A DNA stretch of 64,000 bases from an uncultured delta proteobacterium (GCA_963728565.1 CAVSLC010000015.1:8546-72545), one strand, 5' to 3'; numbered from the stretch's first letter, positions 30,458 through 41,317 are shown. The notes: generated from the letters alone by a model not told the origin. Program-made: numbers and translations.

Positions 30458-31255
30458 GGACGAGTGCGGGAGTAATGAACTTCGTGCGGATGTCCGCTTC
30501 GGTGAGTTCCTTTTTATTCATGCCAAGTAGCAGCTCGAAGGACCGGCAGGGTTAAAGTATCGCTCATACCGGGATGGGAGCTCGGGAAATACTAATCGAA
30601 GTGGCTGGAATTGCGCAAGACTTCTCAGAAGGCAGGGTCATCAGGTTGCCGCGTGAGTTATTGATTTGTTTGCCTGCAACTACCCACTTTGGAGATCGCA
30701 GCCGTTCAAAGGTTCAACGAAAGACAAGTCAGATGCGAACTCCACGTTTCGAGAATTCCCGAAATGTCGAAATGGCAATTCTAATACCGACCTGGAAATT
30801 GGAAAACTTCTCGTCGCCAGCTAACGGGTTCCCATCTTTGTATTTTGACGTTTTCGTTTTCTGTTGGGTCTCACCACGTGGTCAACGTGAGAGCACCGTC
30901 CTTTGTTTCAGTTTGGACGAATTCTTCGGGATAACCCAACAAACCCGGCAGAAGGCCTGATGAGTACCGGAGATCGATCGTGTTAAGTCTATCTAAAAGC
31001 ACTATTTCTAGCCCGCGCACCGCCATCCACCCGGCGATCAGTGCCGCAGTCACCGGGGCAAACTGAACCGTGCCCATCGGCACCCGGCACCGTCCGCGCA
31101 GCGCGGGAAGACCATGGGCTTAGGCATGAGTCGGGATTATCATTATATTGACCACGCGGGAGGTGGATGCTAGCGTTTGGGCCTGGTAGAGGATCACTAT
31201 CGAGCGGCTGCTGTTGTGCTGTGAACGGGGCTATCAAGCCCGGGAAGGAGCTCTT

Positions 31256-31780
31256 ATGGCACTTCAATCTCACACCACGAACACACCCACCGTCGTTTCT
31301 GAATCTACAGAGATTTCTGGCGTGTACGTCGAAGGTCTCGTTGCCGGCCTGATCGGCGCGGCGACGATTGCCGTATGGTTCTTCATCATCGATCTTTATA
31401 ACGGTAGACCCTTTTACACGCCGAGCGTTTTGGGCGCCGCGCTGTCTCTTTCCGGAGCCGTCCGTGAATCTGCAACGGTTCCGATCTCGATGGAGTTCAT
31501 CATATTCTATTCCTGGATTCACGGTTTAGTGTTTTGTGTGATTGGCGGATTGGCCGCCAAACTACTCTCACTCGCAGAACGCGACCTTAACTACGGATTT
31601 GGTATCTTGCTGCTATTCATCATCTTTGAATTTGGATTTGTTGCCGTCACCATGGTTTTTGCCGAACCCATACTGCGAACTCTGACATGGCCGGCGGTCC
31701 TGCTCGGCAATCTACTCGCGGCGGTTGCGATGGCGGTCTATTTTTGGCGCCATCATCCGACGCTGCGGATCTTACCGTAA
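31256..31780 (+). CDS. Hypothetical integral membrane protein
   Basis: About 4 hydrophobic segments; EGLVAGLIGA, PFYTPSVLG; AGGAG RBS. Confidence 0.75.
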   Translation: MALQSHTTNTPTVVSESTEISGVYVEGLVAGLIGAATIAVWFFIIDLYNGRPFYTPSVLGAALSLSGAVRESATVPISMEFIIFYSWIHGLVFCVIGGLAAKLLSLAERDLNYGFGILLLFIIFEFGFVAVTMVFAEPILRTLTWPAVLLGNLLAAVAMAVYFWRHHPTLRILP

Positions 31781-32315
31781 GTGAGCAGGGCGCCCCGCAG
31801 TGGAATCGAGTCTGTCATCTGGATAAGGAAATCCATGGCAGTGCAACATCAATTTTGATGTATATGCCGGCCTATAAGCCGACTTTGAGAGCGATTAAGC
31901 TATCGCTCAGGCAGTTTCTGGACCTCAATGTTTTACTTTGTTGTGCGGCTCAGTCCGGATAAAGCCGTTCAACAGTTCAACGAAAGATGAGTGGGAATGA
32001 GACCGTTCCAGATGTTTCGATGGCTCAGCCAATATTCGATATAGAACGCGTTCGACCCGTTCAACCACTTCGCTCCATCCAACATGGCGGCGCCCGTTTC
32101 CAACGGTTCCAAGGCCGTGTTCGTGGGTGAAAGGCAAGGATAATTATGAAAGATGAAAGTTTAAACAGAGCAAAAGATTCTCCGAATGGCTGCTAAGCCT
32201 TCATAAACCGCTCATAGTGAGCTGGTCGACCATGGAACGCCTGCCATATGTAACGACTTGAGTGATTTTAAAGCGCCGGCAGAATTCGCAGCGAATAGAT
32301 AAACGCCAGTCTCAT

Positions 32316-32474
32316 TCACGGCTTTTCGGCGACGACTTTCCCGTTCTCCCAGATATAGATCGGCGTGCCATGCATGCGTGCGGTCTTGCGGGCGACCTTG
32401 GCGGCGCGGCGAAGGGCGCGGCCGACGGCGGCAGAGAATTCCTTACTTGTTTGTAGTTTGGCTTTTGGCTTCAT
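32316..32474 (-). CDS. Small basic partner of the zeta-like ATPase (52 aa, not in the ORF track)
   Basis: MKPKAK...RRAAKVARKTARMHGTPIYIWENGKVVAEKP; ATGA overlap with the ATPase. Confidence 0.7.
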   Translation of the reverse strand: MKPKAKLQTSKEFSAAVGRALRRAAKVARKTARMHGTPIYIWENGKVVAEKP

Positions 32475-33001
32475 GGCGACCTTTCCAACAATACTGGATT
32501 CCGACCGGAGTTATCATACACACTCCACCTATCCGCTAAAAGCCGGTAGTGATGCTCGAAATTATCGCGGCTGCGCGTGAAGCGGCGCAGAACATCCCTT
32601 CGCGGGACGTTGTGACCACCTTGTTTGACCCGGGCCGCAATACGACGCAGCGCGAGCTGCGGCGACGAGATGCGCAAATAGACGATTTCAATTCGCCGGC
32701 CGGCAGCTTTCCAACGCTTTAATCTACTTAGATAATTGAGGCCACTCAACGTGCTCTCGAAGGCAAAATCACTTCCCGCGTCGGCAAGCCGATCGAGTTC
32801 TTGGAGAAACAAGCGTCCGGCGGCAAACGCGGCCAATTCCGGTCGCAATGGGGAGAGCCCAGTGGCGATTAAATCCGGATTGACGAAATGGATTACAGCC
32901 GCCTCCTTGGCCAAGAACTCACGCGCAAAGGTGGTCTTTCCTGCTCCGTTGGGTCCCGCAATGATGATGCATCTTGGAGATAAAAGCCCCTGTTTATTCA
33001 T
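32471..33001 (-). CDS. Zeta-toxin-like P-loop ATPase/kinase
   Basis: AGPNGAGKTT, FVNPD, FESTLSG, RVKQGGH, YDNS. Confidence 0.88.
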   Translation of the reverse strand: MNKQGLLSPRCIIIAGPNGAGKTTFAREFLAKEAAVIHFVNPDLIATGLSPLRPELAAFAAGRLFLQELDRLADAGSDFAFESTLSGLNYLSRLKRWKAAGRRIEIVYLRISSPQLALRRIAARVKQGGHNVPRRDVLRRFTRSRDNFEHHYRLLADRWSVYDNSGRNPVLLERSP

Positions 33002-33133
33002 GGGCGCGATTCTAAGTACGGCAGCCTACATTACACAACTTCTCGCTCCGACCATTCAACCGATTCGACAGGCGTCACATCCATGTTTTATGACGCGACT
33101 CGTTTCGCCTGCTCCGGACCGCAACCTTTGCCC

Positions 33134-33556
33134 TCAGCTGCCGCTCGTGCGGTTCTGCGGCCCGACTTTTTCAATCGTGAGACGGATGGCAATACGCCCT
33201 TCAGCGAGAGTCTTCTTGCGGATCTCGTCCCAGCTTGCGGGCTCGCCGCGAATTTGACGGTGCCAGTCGAGCACGATGTCCATCGCCTGCGGCTGCGCAA
33301 TCACCTCCGCCTTGCCGTCAATCTGTATATAGTTCGAGCCATTGAACTTTTCCCCATATACCAACAAGGATACTTGAGGATTACGCCTGATGTTTTTGAC
33401 TTTGTAGGTGCTCTCGCGCGCCGTAATTGTGACCCTGCCGTCGCCGCCGATCACCGGCGAGACCAGCGTCATCTGCAACGAGCCGTCGCGCTTGCGCGCC
33501 ACCAGCACGCCATGATGATTGTGCCTTAGAAACTCTTGAGCGTCCGCAATGTCCAT
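33134..33556 (-). CDS. PPOX-class (putatively F420-dependent) split-barrel oxidoreductase
   Basis: KRDGS.Q, KVKNIRRNPQVSL. Confidence 0.85.
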   Translation of the reverse strand: MDIADAQEFLRHNHHGVLVARKRDGSLQMTLVSPVIGGDGRVTITARESTYKVKNIRRNPQVSLLVYGEKFNGSNYIQIDGKAEVIAQPQAMDIVLDWHRQIRGEPASWDEIRKKTLAEGRIAIRLTIEKVGPQNRTSGS

Positions 33557-33645
33557 AGAACCTCCGTTTCAGTTGTGATGCCGCTCGCTGAGTAAGGATG
33601 ATTCGAGATTAGACTGTGGCTTGTAAATTCGATGGAGCCGGCGGG

Positions 33646-34602
33646 TTACTTCTTCTTCAACACTTCGTCGACCAGCGACGGGTCCGCCACTTGCTCCCAC
33701 GAGACGTTTGCGGCGCCTTCCGATTGCAAAACGGCTTTAACAGCGGCGCCGGAGACACGAACATCCTCGACGATCAGCGGGACATATATATTATACGATT
33801 CGACCGCAGTCGCTTCATCGGTGGAAAAAAACTCGCGCAAGAACCGGATCGCGTCGGCCTTTTGGCTCTTGATCCAATGCATCGCATCGATTTGCCCTCG
33901 GATCATCCGTTTCACTTGCTCCCGGTTGCGCTCGATCTTGGCGGCCGTGGTTGAGATTCCGGTAAAAGGAATATTGAGAACATCTCCGGCCGAGCCGAGA
34001 AAACGAAAGCCTTGTTGCTTGGCGATCACCGAGTGCGGTAAAGAAAGCGTCGCCGCATCCATTTGCCCGGCGAGCAAAGCTTGATAGCGCGTCTCCGACC
34101 CGCCCATCGAGATCACGGCGGCGTCTCTTTTCGGATCCAGGCCGGCTTTTTGAAGCAGAGCACGAGCCACCAAGTCGTCGGTGGCGCCGATATTCGAGAT
34201 CGCGATCTTCTTGCCGCGTAGCTCGTTGATCGACTGCAAATTCGGCCGCGCCACTAAAGTGTGAAAAGATGACTTGAGGCCGATCGTAACCAGCTTGAGC
34301 GGAATACCCTTGGAAGCCGCCCGGATGACCGTGCCGGTCATCCAACTGTAGTCGATCTCACCGGCGTGCAGAGCGACCGCCGAAAGGTTGGGCCGAATCG
34401 TGATGACTTCCGATTCGATACCGTGTTTGCGAAAAAACCCCTTTTCATGCGCGACCCAGGGATCGAAGAAGCCGATGGACTTGGATGAAACACCGATCAG
34501 CACCCGTTCGCGGCCGGATTCAGCCGCCGGCGCCGTTCCATTACCGATGGCGCATAAAACTAAAACAGCTATTGCCGCACTTTGGAGAAATAACATCAAC
34601 AC
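33646..34602 (-). CDS. NMT1/SsuA-type binding protein
   Basis: Signal peptide; EKGFFRKHG, LRGKKIAI. Confidence 0.85.
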   Translation of the reverse strand: MLMLFLQSAAIAVLVLCAIGNGTAPAAESGRERVLIGVSSKSIGFFDPWVAHEKGFFRKHGIESEVITIRPNLSAVALHAGEIDYSWMTGTVIRAASKGIPLKLVTIGLKSSFHTLVARPNLQSINELRGKKIAISNIGATDDLVARALLQKAGLDPKRDAAVISMGGSETRYQALLAGQMDAATLSLPHSVIAKQQGFRFLGSAGDVLNIPFTGISTTAAKIERNREQVKRMIRGQIDAMHWIKSQKADAIRFLREFFSTDEATAVESYNIYVPLIVEDVRVSGAAVKAVLQSEGAANVSWEQVADPSLVDEVLKKK

Positions 34603-35057
34603 CTACTTCGAGGTTTCGGGAAGTTTCACCGCAGAGACGCGGAGTACGCCGAGTTTCGAGAGAATGTTATTGTCAACGCCTGTGTATCTCCGGACTAAGC
34701 CCGGACTCCGCAGTCAAACCACGAATGCTGGACGCGAGGTGGAATCCTGGAGCAGCGAAGGCGCCCGACGTGAAGTTTCAAAGTGGTTTTGCGCTCTCGC
34801 ACGTCGTTGCTATGAGGCTTAAACATCCCATTCGAAGCACCGCTGAGCGATGTCTGCTCAGAGGCAGAAACCCATCGACTTCGCTGCGGAAGGATTGTGC
34901 CTCGCGCTTTCTGTCAAATCGCAACTGCGGAATCCGGGCTGAGTGCTACTTCGGAATTGCCGCCTACAATTCCATCGGAGTTTTATCGCAGGAGGCGCGG
35001 CGTGGCGCCGAGTTGAAAAAATCTTTTCCGCGGCAAAATATCTTTGCACTATGGTTA

Positions 35058-36083
35058 TTACCTCTTCGGCAGAAGAACTTCTTTCAATTTCGCAACAGTG
35101 TCTGGCTGGAGATCAAAAAGAGTGCCGAACTTCTTGGCAATGGTTGGTCCGTCAATGACTTCGATATCGAGCTTGGATTTGTTAGCTTCAGCCAAAAACT
35201 CGGTATCTTTCAGAGTGTCAACGAAAGCCTTCTGTAAGAGGTCGAGGCGGTCCTTGGCCATGCCCGGCGGAACGGTGTAGGGGAACTGCGCGCCGTGGGC
35301 GCTGTCGGCGACGGTGACTAGCTGCTTGGCCAAATCTGTCTTGGCGTAGTTGATCGCCAGCGGCACTTTCTTGTACCTCGGATGCGACTGGAGCGATGCT
35401 TGCAGGACGGCATGAATCTTTCCGCTCTCATAGGCGTTGCGCCAAACCGTTTCGACGGTCTGCCAGGAACCGCAATAGCCGTCGACCTCGCCCGATTCGA
35501 CGGCTAGCCGCGCATCGGCGCCGCCCTTATAGCCTTCGAGTACGTCGAGCGGCAGGTTCAACGCAGCTTTGAGGAGTCTGGGAATATCCGAAGTGCTCGT
35601 CCCCGGGCCTATGGAGGAAATCTTCATGGGACGCTTTGCCTTGAACCAATCGTCTATCGTCGCGATGCCGCTCTTGTCGTTGAACGTGCAAACCGTGTCG
35701 TAAGGGCTTGGCACGCCGAGATAGCCGAATTTTCGCGCATCGAACTTGACCGCCTCATTGCCCATGATCTGCTGCAGCACCAGGGGCGCGGCCCAGGCGC
35801 CGATAGTGAGACCATCAGGCTTGGCGATATTGTAAAGATGATTCGCCGCAATGATGCCGCTGGCGCCGGTCATGTTCTCTACCAGAGTGGTGGGATTACC
35901 GGGAACATGCTTTGAGAAATGGCGCGCAATCACCCGGGTGTAGAGATCAAAGGAACCGCCCGCCGAATAGCCGACGATAAAGCGGATGGTCTTGTCCTTA
36001 TGGAATTCCTGCGCCCCAGCCGGTTTCCCGGGAAGCGCTGCTAAAAATATCAAAGCGATCCATGTTGAAACAATCCGTCGCAT
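35058..36083 (-). CDS. Bug/TctC binding protein
   Basis: SAGGSFDLY, ENMTGA, KPDGLTIG. Confidence 0.88.
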   Translation of the reverse strand: MRRIVSTWIALIFLAALPGKPAGAQEFHKDKTIRFIVGYSAGGSFDLYTRVIARHFSKHVPGNPTTLVENMTGASGIIAANHLYNIAKPDGLTIGAWAAPLVLQQIMGNEAVKFDARKFGYLGVPSPYDTVCTFNDKSGIATIDDWFKAKRPMKISSIGPGTSTSDIPRLLKAALNLPLDVLEGYKGGADARLAVESGEVDGYCGSWQTVETVWRNAYESGKIHAVLQASLQSHPRYKKVPLAINYAKTDLAKQLVTVADSAHGAQFPYTVPPGMAKDRLDLLQKAFVDTLKDTEFLAEANKSKLDIEVIDGPTIAKKFGTLFDLQPDTVAKLKEVLLPKR

Positions 36084-36100
36084 AGTCCTCCTCCAAGTTG

Positions 36101-36703
36101 CTAGCCCCTGCCGATGAAAGGAATAGTTTTCTTTTCCGTGCGCTCGAGATAGCGCACAAAGGTGTATTTATTCTCGGCAAGATCGGTGTTCGGTCTCGGG
36201 ATCTCGCGATGCAGCAAGCTTTCTTCGACTTTACAAACAAAGAATGCCAGCTCATTGCCGGCTAAAGCATCGATGCCATGCTTTTTGAAGTCTTCAATAT
36301 CGCGTATCGTGCGCGCGCTCTTGATGCCCGCGCCTTTAGCCATCGCTTCCAGATCCGTGTTTCCGGAAGTTGCCGTGGCATAGCTGATGCGGCTGCCGCT
36401 GTAGACGCCGTTGTCAAAGACATAAACGATAAGGTTCTTAGGCTGCAGATTGCCCAGAGTGGCGAGATTGAACAACGACAACAGCACGCTGCCGTCGGAG
36501 TCGAGCACGATCACCTTGCGGTGCGGCAGAGCTAGCGCCAAGCCCATGCCGACGCCGATGGCACATCCCATCATGCCCACCAACAAATTGCCTTGGTGTT
36601 TCGACAAGTGCGACCACTCGATACGCTGGCCGCTCTGGGAGGTCACCAGTAATTGATCGGTTATGTTCGCGGCCAGCAGTTCCAGGCATTGGTAGCGAAT
36701 CAT
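36101..36703 (-). CDS. ThDP-dependent decarboxylase beta subunit (ComE-like)
   Basis: GMMG, DSDGS...VFDN ThDP/Mg motif. Confidence 0.85.
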   Translation of the reverse strand: MIRYQCLELLAANITDQLLVTSQSGQRIEWSHLSKHQGNLLVGMMGCAIGVGMGLALALPHRKVIVLDSDGSVLLSLFNLATLGNLQPKNLIVYVFDNGVYSGSRISYATATSGNTDLEAMAKGAGIKSARTIRDIEDFKKHGIDALAGNELAFFVCKVEESLLHREIPRPNTDLAENKYTFVRYLERTEKKTIPFIGRG

Positions 36704-37206
36704 AGCGAAAACTCCCCGGCAAACAGCAGCGCAAAGGGCGCTCGCAAAGCATTCATGCCGCGCACTGCGTCTTTGATTTTGATCTCCAGCCGGTCGCCGT
36801 CTTCGAGCAGCATGTGCTCGATGCCCAATCCCTGCAGAACCGGAATCGTATGATTGCCGATGGTGGCGTATAGAAAACTATTGCGCTGATCGGCGACCCC
36901 GCCCAAGAATCCCACAACCAGCAGTATCGGCACACCCAATTGCTTGCCCACCGCGAGCAGGCTGTAGCTGGACACATAGATGCCGGTATTTTCCATATAC
37001 ACGGCGGCCTGCTTGCCGCCGAGAGTGGCGCCGCCGGCAATCGTCACCGCTTCCTGCTCGCTTGCCGCTGCAATCAACTCCATCTCGGGGTCGTCTCGAA
37101 TCAGGGGAACGATCTGGCTAAGCCGGGTTTCCGGCAGGTAAGTAACGAAGTTGACCCCAGCGTCTTTGAGACCCCGAACGATCCGTTTGGCTAGTTCGTC
37201 TGTCAT
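36700..37206 (-). CDS. ThDP-dependent decarboxylase alpha subunit (ComD-like)
   Basis: SEQEAV catalytic Glu region, MENTG; ATGA coupling to beta. Confidence 0.85.
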   Translation of the reverse strand: MTDELAKRIVRGLKDAGVNFVTYLPETRLSQIVPLIRDDPEMELIAAASEQEAVTIAGGATLGGKQAAVYMENTGIYVSSYSLLAVGKQLGVPILLVVGFLGGVADQRNSFLYATIGNHTIPVLQGLGIEHMLLEDGDRLEIKIKDAVRGMNALRAPFALLFAGEFSL

Positions 37207-37290
37207 AGATGGTGTGATGAATTACCAAATGAACAACCCCGTGGCAAACTGTCGAGGTATGAAGCGGCCCTCAGATTTTCCCCCCGGGTT

Positions 37291-37366
37291 GTCATCCTCC
37301 TGACTGTTTTAATCGGGGATCCAGTCCTACTCGCCTGGATTTCCGCTGTAAGCATGCGGGAATGAC
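37291..37366. repeat. REP-like palindrome (GTCAT...ATCCAG/CTGGAT...GGAATGAC)
   Basis: Nested inverted repeats in intergenic DNA. Confidence 0.6.
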
Positions 37367-37470
37367 GGACTCTAGCAGAGCCTCCAACTGCCGTTGCGCA
37401 TCAACGTGCGTGGAATTGAGATGAAAGTTACTTCCTCACAGCGGCCGACTAAAGTTTCACCTTTCCGCTT

Positions 37471-39732
37471 TCAGCTTTCATCCTTGTTTTTCTTCGCCTG
37501 TAAGGCGAGTAAAACCTTCTCGGCCGTGATCGGCAAATCATAGATGCGCACGCCGACCGCGTCATGCACGGCGTTGGCGATGGCCGCCGCGGTTGGGATA
37601 ACCGGCGGCTCGCCGATGCTCATGGCGCCGTACGGTCCATTGCCTACCGGATTCTCCTGGATAATCGTCTGCAGCGGCGGGATATCCATGATCGATGGAA
37701 TCTTATTGTCGCCGAAGTTGGTGGTCATCACCCTACCGCCATCGATCATCACCTCTTCCATGAGCGCGTAACCGATGCCCATGACGACGCCGCCGTCGAT
37801 CTGGCCTTGATGCATGAGCGGGTTGAGTACGGTTCCGGTGCTGTGCGCGCTGGTAAACCGCTTGACGGTTACCTGGCCGGTTTCACGATCGACCTCTACT
37901 TCGGCGATCTGAGCGCAAAGCGCAGCCTCGGGACCGGATTCGAAATTCTTGTAGAAGCCGTGGCCGCGAATTCCCTCGCCGCTGGCTTGAGCGATCTCGC
38001 CATAGCGGATGCTCTTGCCCGCCGGGGTCCGCGCCGTTCCGTCTCCAGCCAGAAACAGCTCTTCCTTGGCAACACTCAATTTGTAGCTGGCAAGCTGAAG
38101 CAATTGTTCTTTGGCTTGCGCCGCAGCGAGCCGGGTTGCGTGTCCGAAAATGCGCGTGCCCCGACTTGCGCCGATTCCGGTATCCGGGCCGACCTCGCTG
38201 GTATCCAACGTCGCCACCCGGATCTTCTCCAGCGGCAGCTTGAGTTCTTCGGCCGCCACCAGCCGCATTGCGGTGTGGGTTCCCGCCCCTTGATCGAGCA
38301 TCGCGGTAGCAACGGTAGCCGTCCCCTGGCCATCGATCGTGACCAGCGCGTGGCACTCACCACCCAGCGGCAGCCACTGGGCCAAGCCGATTCCACGGCC
38401 GGTATTTTTTCGCTTGGGCCGGCGATAGCCCGACTTTTCCACGATGCTTTCGACGAGCTCGGCGCTTTTGATATGCGGAATGACGTGGCCGATCGGCGAA
38501 AGCTCACCGTCGTGGAGCAAATTCTTTTGCCTGAAAGCCACCGGATCCATGCCGAGCTGCCTGGCGATAAGATCCATCTGCGATTCGTTGGCGAAAAAGC
38601 CCTGGGGATCTCCCGGCGCGCGCATATGCCCGCAGGGAATTTTGTTGGTGTAAACGATTTGCTCGCGGATAAAAACGTTGGGAATGCGGTAAGGTCCGGC
38701 GGCCTCTTTGGGGCCGACCAGATAACCCTGCGGCTTGAAAGCGCCGTAGGCGCCGCTGTCGAATACATAGTCCATGCGATGAGCGATCAGCCGGCCGTCT
38801 TTGTTGATTCCGGTTTTTACCCGGACGATTGCAGCGTGACGCGGATTTCCGGCGACGAATTCTTCCGAATAATCCATCACCATCTTCACCGGGCGACCGC
38901 TCTTAAGCGACAGCAGATAGCAGACCGGCACATCCATGAAATCGCCTTTGCCGCCGAAGCAACCGCCGATATAACAAGGATGCACCGTGAAATGCTCAAA
39001 ACCTTTGCCGAACGCTGTTGCCAACTGTTCGCGCAGCGCGAAGGGCACTTTCGAGCAGGCCCAGATGTCGGCATTATTTTCAGCTTGTGCTTGGACGACG
39101 CAAGCGTGCGGCTCTATATAAGCCTGATGGACCGGTCTGGTGGTAAAAACATTTTCGACGACGATGTCGGATTCGCGGAACCCCGCTTCGACATCGCCCT
39201 TCTTCCAGTTCATGTCGACAAAAACGTTGCTCGGCGTTTGAATTGGATGAAGCAGGCCGCGATAATCGGTTACGTTCGGATGAAGCAGCGCCGCGTCCGG
39301 TTTGATCGCATCGAGCGGATCGAGCAGCGCTTCCAGCTCTTCGTACTCGACGTTGATCAATTCCACCGCCTGTTCGGCAATCGCCTCGCTGTCGGCCGCC
39401 ACCGCCGCCACTTTCTCGCCGATGAACCTGACAACGCCGTCGGCGAGGATCGGCATATCGTAGATTTTCCGGCCGATCAAAAGACCTTTGACATCTTCGC
39501 CGGTGGCAACCGCGCGCACGCCGGGCAAAGCCAACGCGCGGCTGGTATCGATCTTGGTGATGCGGCCGTAGGAAATCGGGCTGCGCAAAACTTTACACCA
39601 GAGCATTTCCGGCAACACTACGTCAGTGGCATAAAGCGCGCGGCCCGATACTTTTTCCGGACCTTCCAGACGCTGTGTCGGCGTGCCGATGATATTGCGG
39701 AATTTATGATTTAGAGGATCGACCGCTTTCAC
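37471..39732 (-). CDS. Xanthine dehydrogenase/CoxL family molybdopterin-binding subunit
   Basis: HQAYIEPH, IGGCFGGK, MRAPG, GQIDGG, IGEPP; GTG start overlaps the upstream stop. Confidence 0.92.
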   Translation of the reverse strand: MKAVDPLNHKFRNIIGTPTQRLEGPEKVSGRALYATDVVLPEMLWCKVLRSPISYGRITKIDTSRALALPGVRAVATGEDVKGLLIGRKIYDMPILADGVVRFIGEKVAAVAADSEAIAEQAVELINVEYEELEALLDPLDAIKPDAALLHPNVTDYRGLLHPIQTPSNVFVDMNWKKGDVEAGFRESDIVVENVFTTRPVHQAYIEPHACVVQAQAENNADIWACSKVPFALREQLATAFGKGFEHFTVHPCYIGGCFGGKGDFMDVPVCYLLSLKSGRPVKMVMDYSEEFVAGNPRHAAIVRVKTGINKDGRLIAHRMDYVFDSGAYGAFKPQGYLVGPKEAAGPYRIPNVFIREQIVYTNKIPCGHMRAPGDPQGFFANESQMDLIARQLGMDPVAFRQKNLLHDGELSPIGHVIPHIKSAELVESIVEKSGYRRPKRKNTGRGIGLAQWLPLGGECHALVTIDGQGTATVATAMLDQGAGTHTAMRLVAAEELKLPLEKIRVATLDTSEVGPDTGIGASRGTRIFGHATRLAAAQAKEQLLQLASYKLSVAKEELFLAGDGTARTPAGKSIRYGEIAQASGEGIRGHGFYKNFESGPEAALCAQIAEVEVDRETGQVTVKRFTSAHSTGTVLNPLMHQGQIDGGVVMGIGYALMEEVMIDGGRVMTTNFGDNKIPSIMDIPPLQTIIQENPVGNGPYGAMSIGEPPVIPTAAAIANAVHDAVGVRIYDLPITAEKVLLALQAKKNKDES

Positions 39733-40490
39733 TGTGATCCCCTGCCGGCTGAGTCCAGAGCGGCTTGCAGGCATACGCCGTGCAGATCCACGGCCGTCAG
39801 CCCGCAATATTCCAGACTATAGCCGGGCCGCGCGGTGGCCATCCCGTCCTCAAAGAGCCGCTGCAAAACCAGCCGTCTGAAACTGCCGTGACCCATCACG
39901 CCATCGTGCTCCTCGAGGTCGGCCTCTTCATGAGTCGAAAAATAGACCGCCTGCTCGCGGCTCAGCCCGTAATGTCCGGTCAGCGCTTTAAAAAATTCCG
40001 CCGACCAGTAGCCGGTCTGCTCTTCGGTCGCCCCCGCGGCATAGAACTCGGCGACGGTTCCCTCCCAGAGGATCGATCGTTTGAAATCGAGCTTGGCGCG
40101 AAACTCGGCCAGCATCGGCGCGAGAAAAATCTCATCTTCTGTAATGCCCAGCGCCTTGGCGGTTTCCACTACGACATGGACATGACCCGGAGGCTTGGGG
40201 TGAATCAACTCATCGGCCAGCTTTGCCGCCATCGGACCCATGAGATCGCGATGCTTGCGGAAAAAAGAAATGTGCTTGTGGTAAGACGCAGCCTCCAGCG
40301 TGTTGATCTCGATGGTATACGAACCCCAGTTCTTAAAAAAAATCCTCAAGGCATTCTCGGAAAGCTTTCCGGCCCGCAACTGCTTCATGAACGATCCGTC
40401 GGTCACTCTCTCCTGCCAGCGCTTGGCGACTTTGCGGTAATGCTCATCGACTAGGTTTTTGGCCTGCTGGCTTTCCATCGAGGTTGTCAT
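39729..40490 (-). CDS. Heme-oxygenase-like diiron enzyme (TenA/PqqC-like)
   Basis: DE-x8-H, TEEQ, H-EEA-D-LEE-H. Confidence 0.75.
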   Translation of the reverse strand: MTTSMESQQAKNLVDEHYRKVAKRWQERVTDGSFMKQLRAGKLSENALRIFFKNWGSYTIEINTLEAASYHKHISFFRKHRDLMGPMAAKLADELIHPKPPGHVHVVVETAKALGITEDEIFLAPMLAEFRAKLDFKRSILWEGTVAEFYAAGATEEQTGYWSAEFFKALTGHYGLSREQAVYFSTHEEADLEEHDGVMGHGSFRRLVLQRLFEDGMATARPGYSLEYCGLTAVDLHGVCLQAALDSAGRGSQ

Positions 40491-40716
40491 TGATTATCCT
40501 TTATTAATCCTAATCCGACGTTATTCTAAGCCCGCGACGCCAGCGAGCCCTACAGCCGTGGGCAATGGGACAGTGCCTTCAAGGCCGGCCCCGCATTCCC
40601 CACGGGTGATGTTTTGTGCGTCGAGGCCTTATAGTCAACTGCGCGTTCGGTGCCCACGGCTTCCGGTCTCGCCGTCCTCGCTCACTGCTGACGATGTCGA
40701 CCATTGTGGGATAGGG

Positions 40717-41317
40717 TTAACCGTGACTGCGGACGATCCTTTTTCCTTCGGTTCGTTCAAGATACCGAACGAATACATACTTGTTCTCCAGCGGGTCCAT
40801 ATCCGTCCGCGGGATGTTGCGATGCTCTTTGCTTTCTTCCACCTTGCATACGACAAATTTCAACCGGTTTTCATTCATCGCCGCCGTCATCTCCTGTTTG
40901 AACGATTCAAGGTCGCGCACAGTCACAGCATTTTCAATACCGGCGGCTTGCGCCATCCTGGCGAGATCGGTTTTTCCCGCAGTGGCCGTCGGTTCGCTGA
41001 TCCGGGTGCCGCTGTAGGCAGCGTTGTCGAAAACCAAAACTATCAAGTTGTTCAGATCGAGATTGGCTAGGGTCGGCAGATTGAACAAAGATAAAAGAAC
41101 GCTGCCGTCCGATTCCAAGACGATAACTTTTCGCTGCGGCAGAGCCACAGCCAAGCCCATAGCCGACGCCAAGCGCGGTTCCCATAGTCCCGACCAGAAG
41201 ATTGCCTTCGTGCTTGGATAAGTGCGCCCACTCGATTTTCTGACCGCTTAACGAAGTCACGACAATCTGGTCGGTAATCAGCGGCGCGAGGAGCTCGAGA
41301 CAATGGAAGCGGATCAT
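40717..41317 (-). pseudogene. ComE-like beta subunit with a frameshift near 41164
   Basis: Two ORFs (MIRFHCLELL... and ...AMGLAVALP...ESDGS...VFDN) join into a paralog of 36101-36703. Confidence 0.85.

Noticed and set aside
37564-39714. 716-aa plus-strand ORF and other long antisense ORFs
   Set aside because: Shadow frames of well-supported genes in GC-rich DNA, with no motifs.
37471-39732. Aerobic CO dehydrogenase CoxL
   Set aside because: The active-site loop reads HMRAPG, not AYxCSFR or AYRGAGR.
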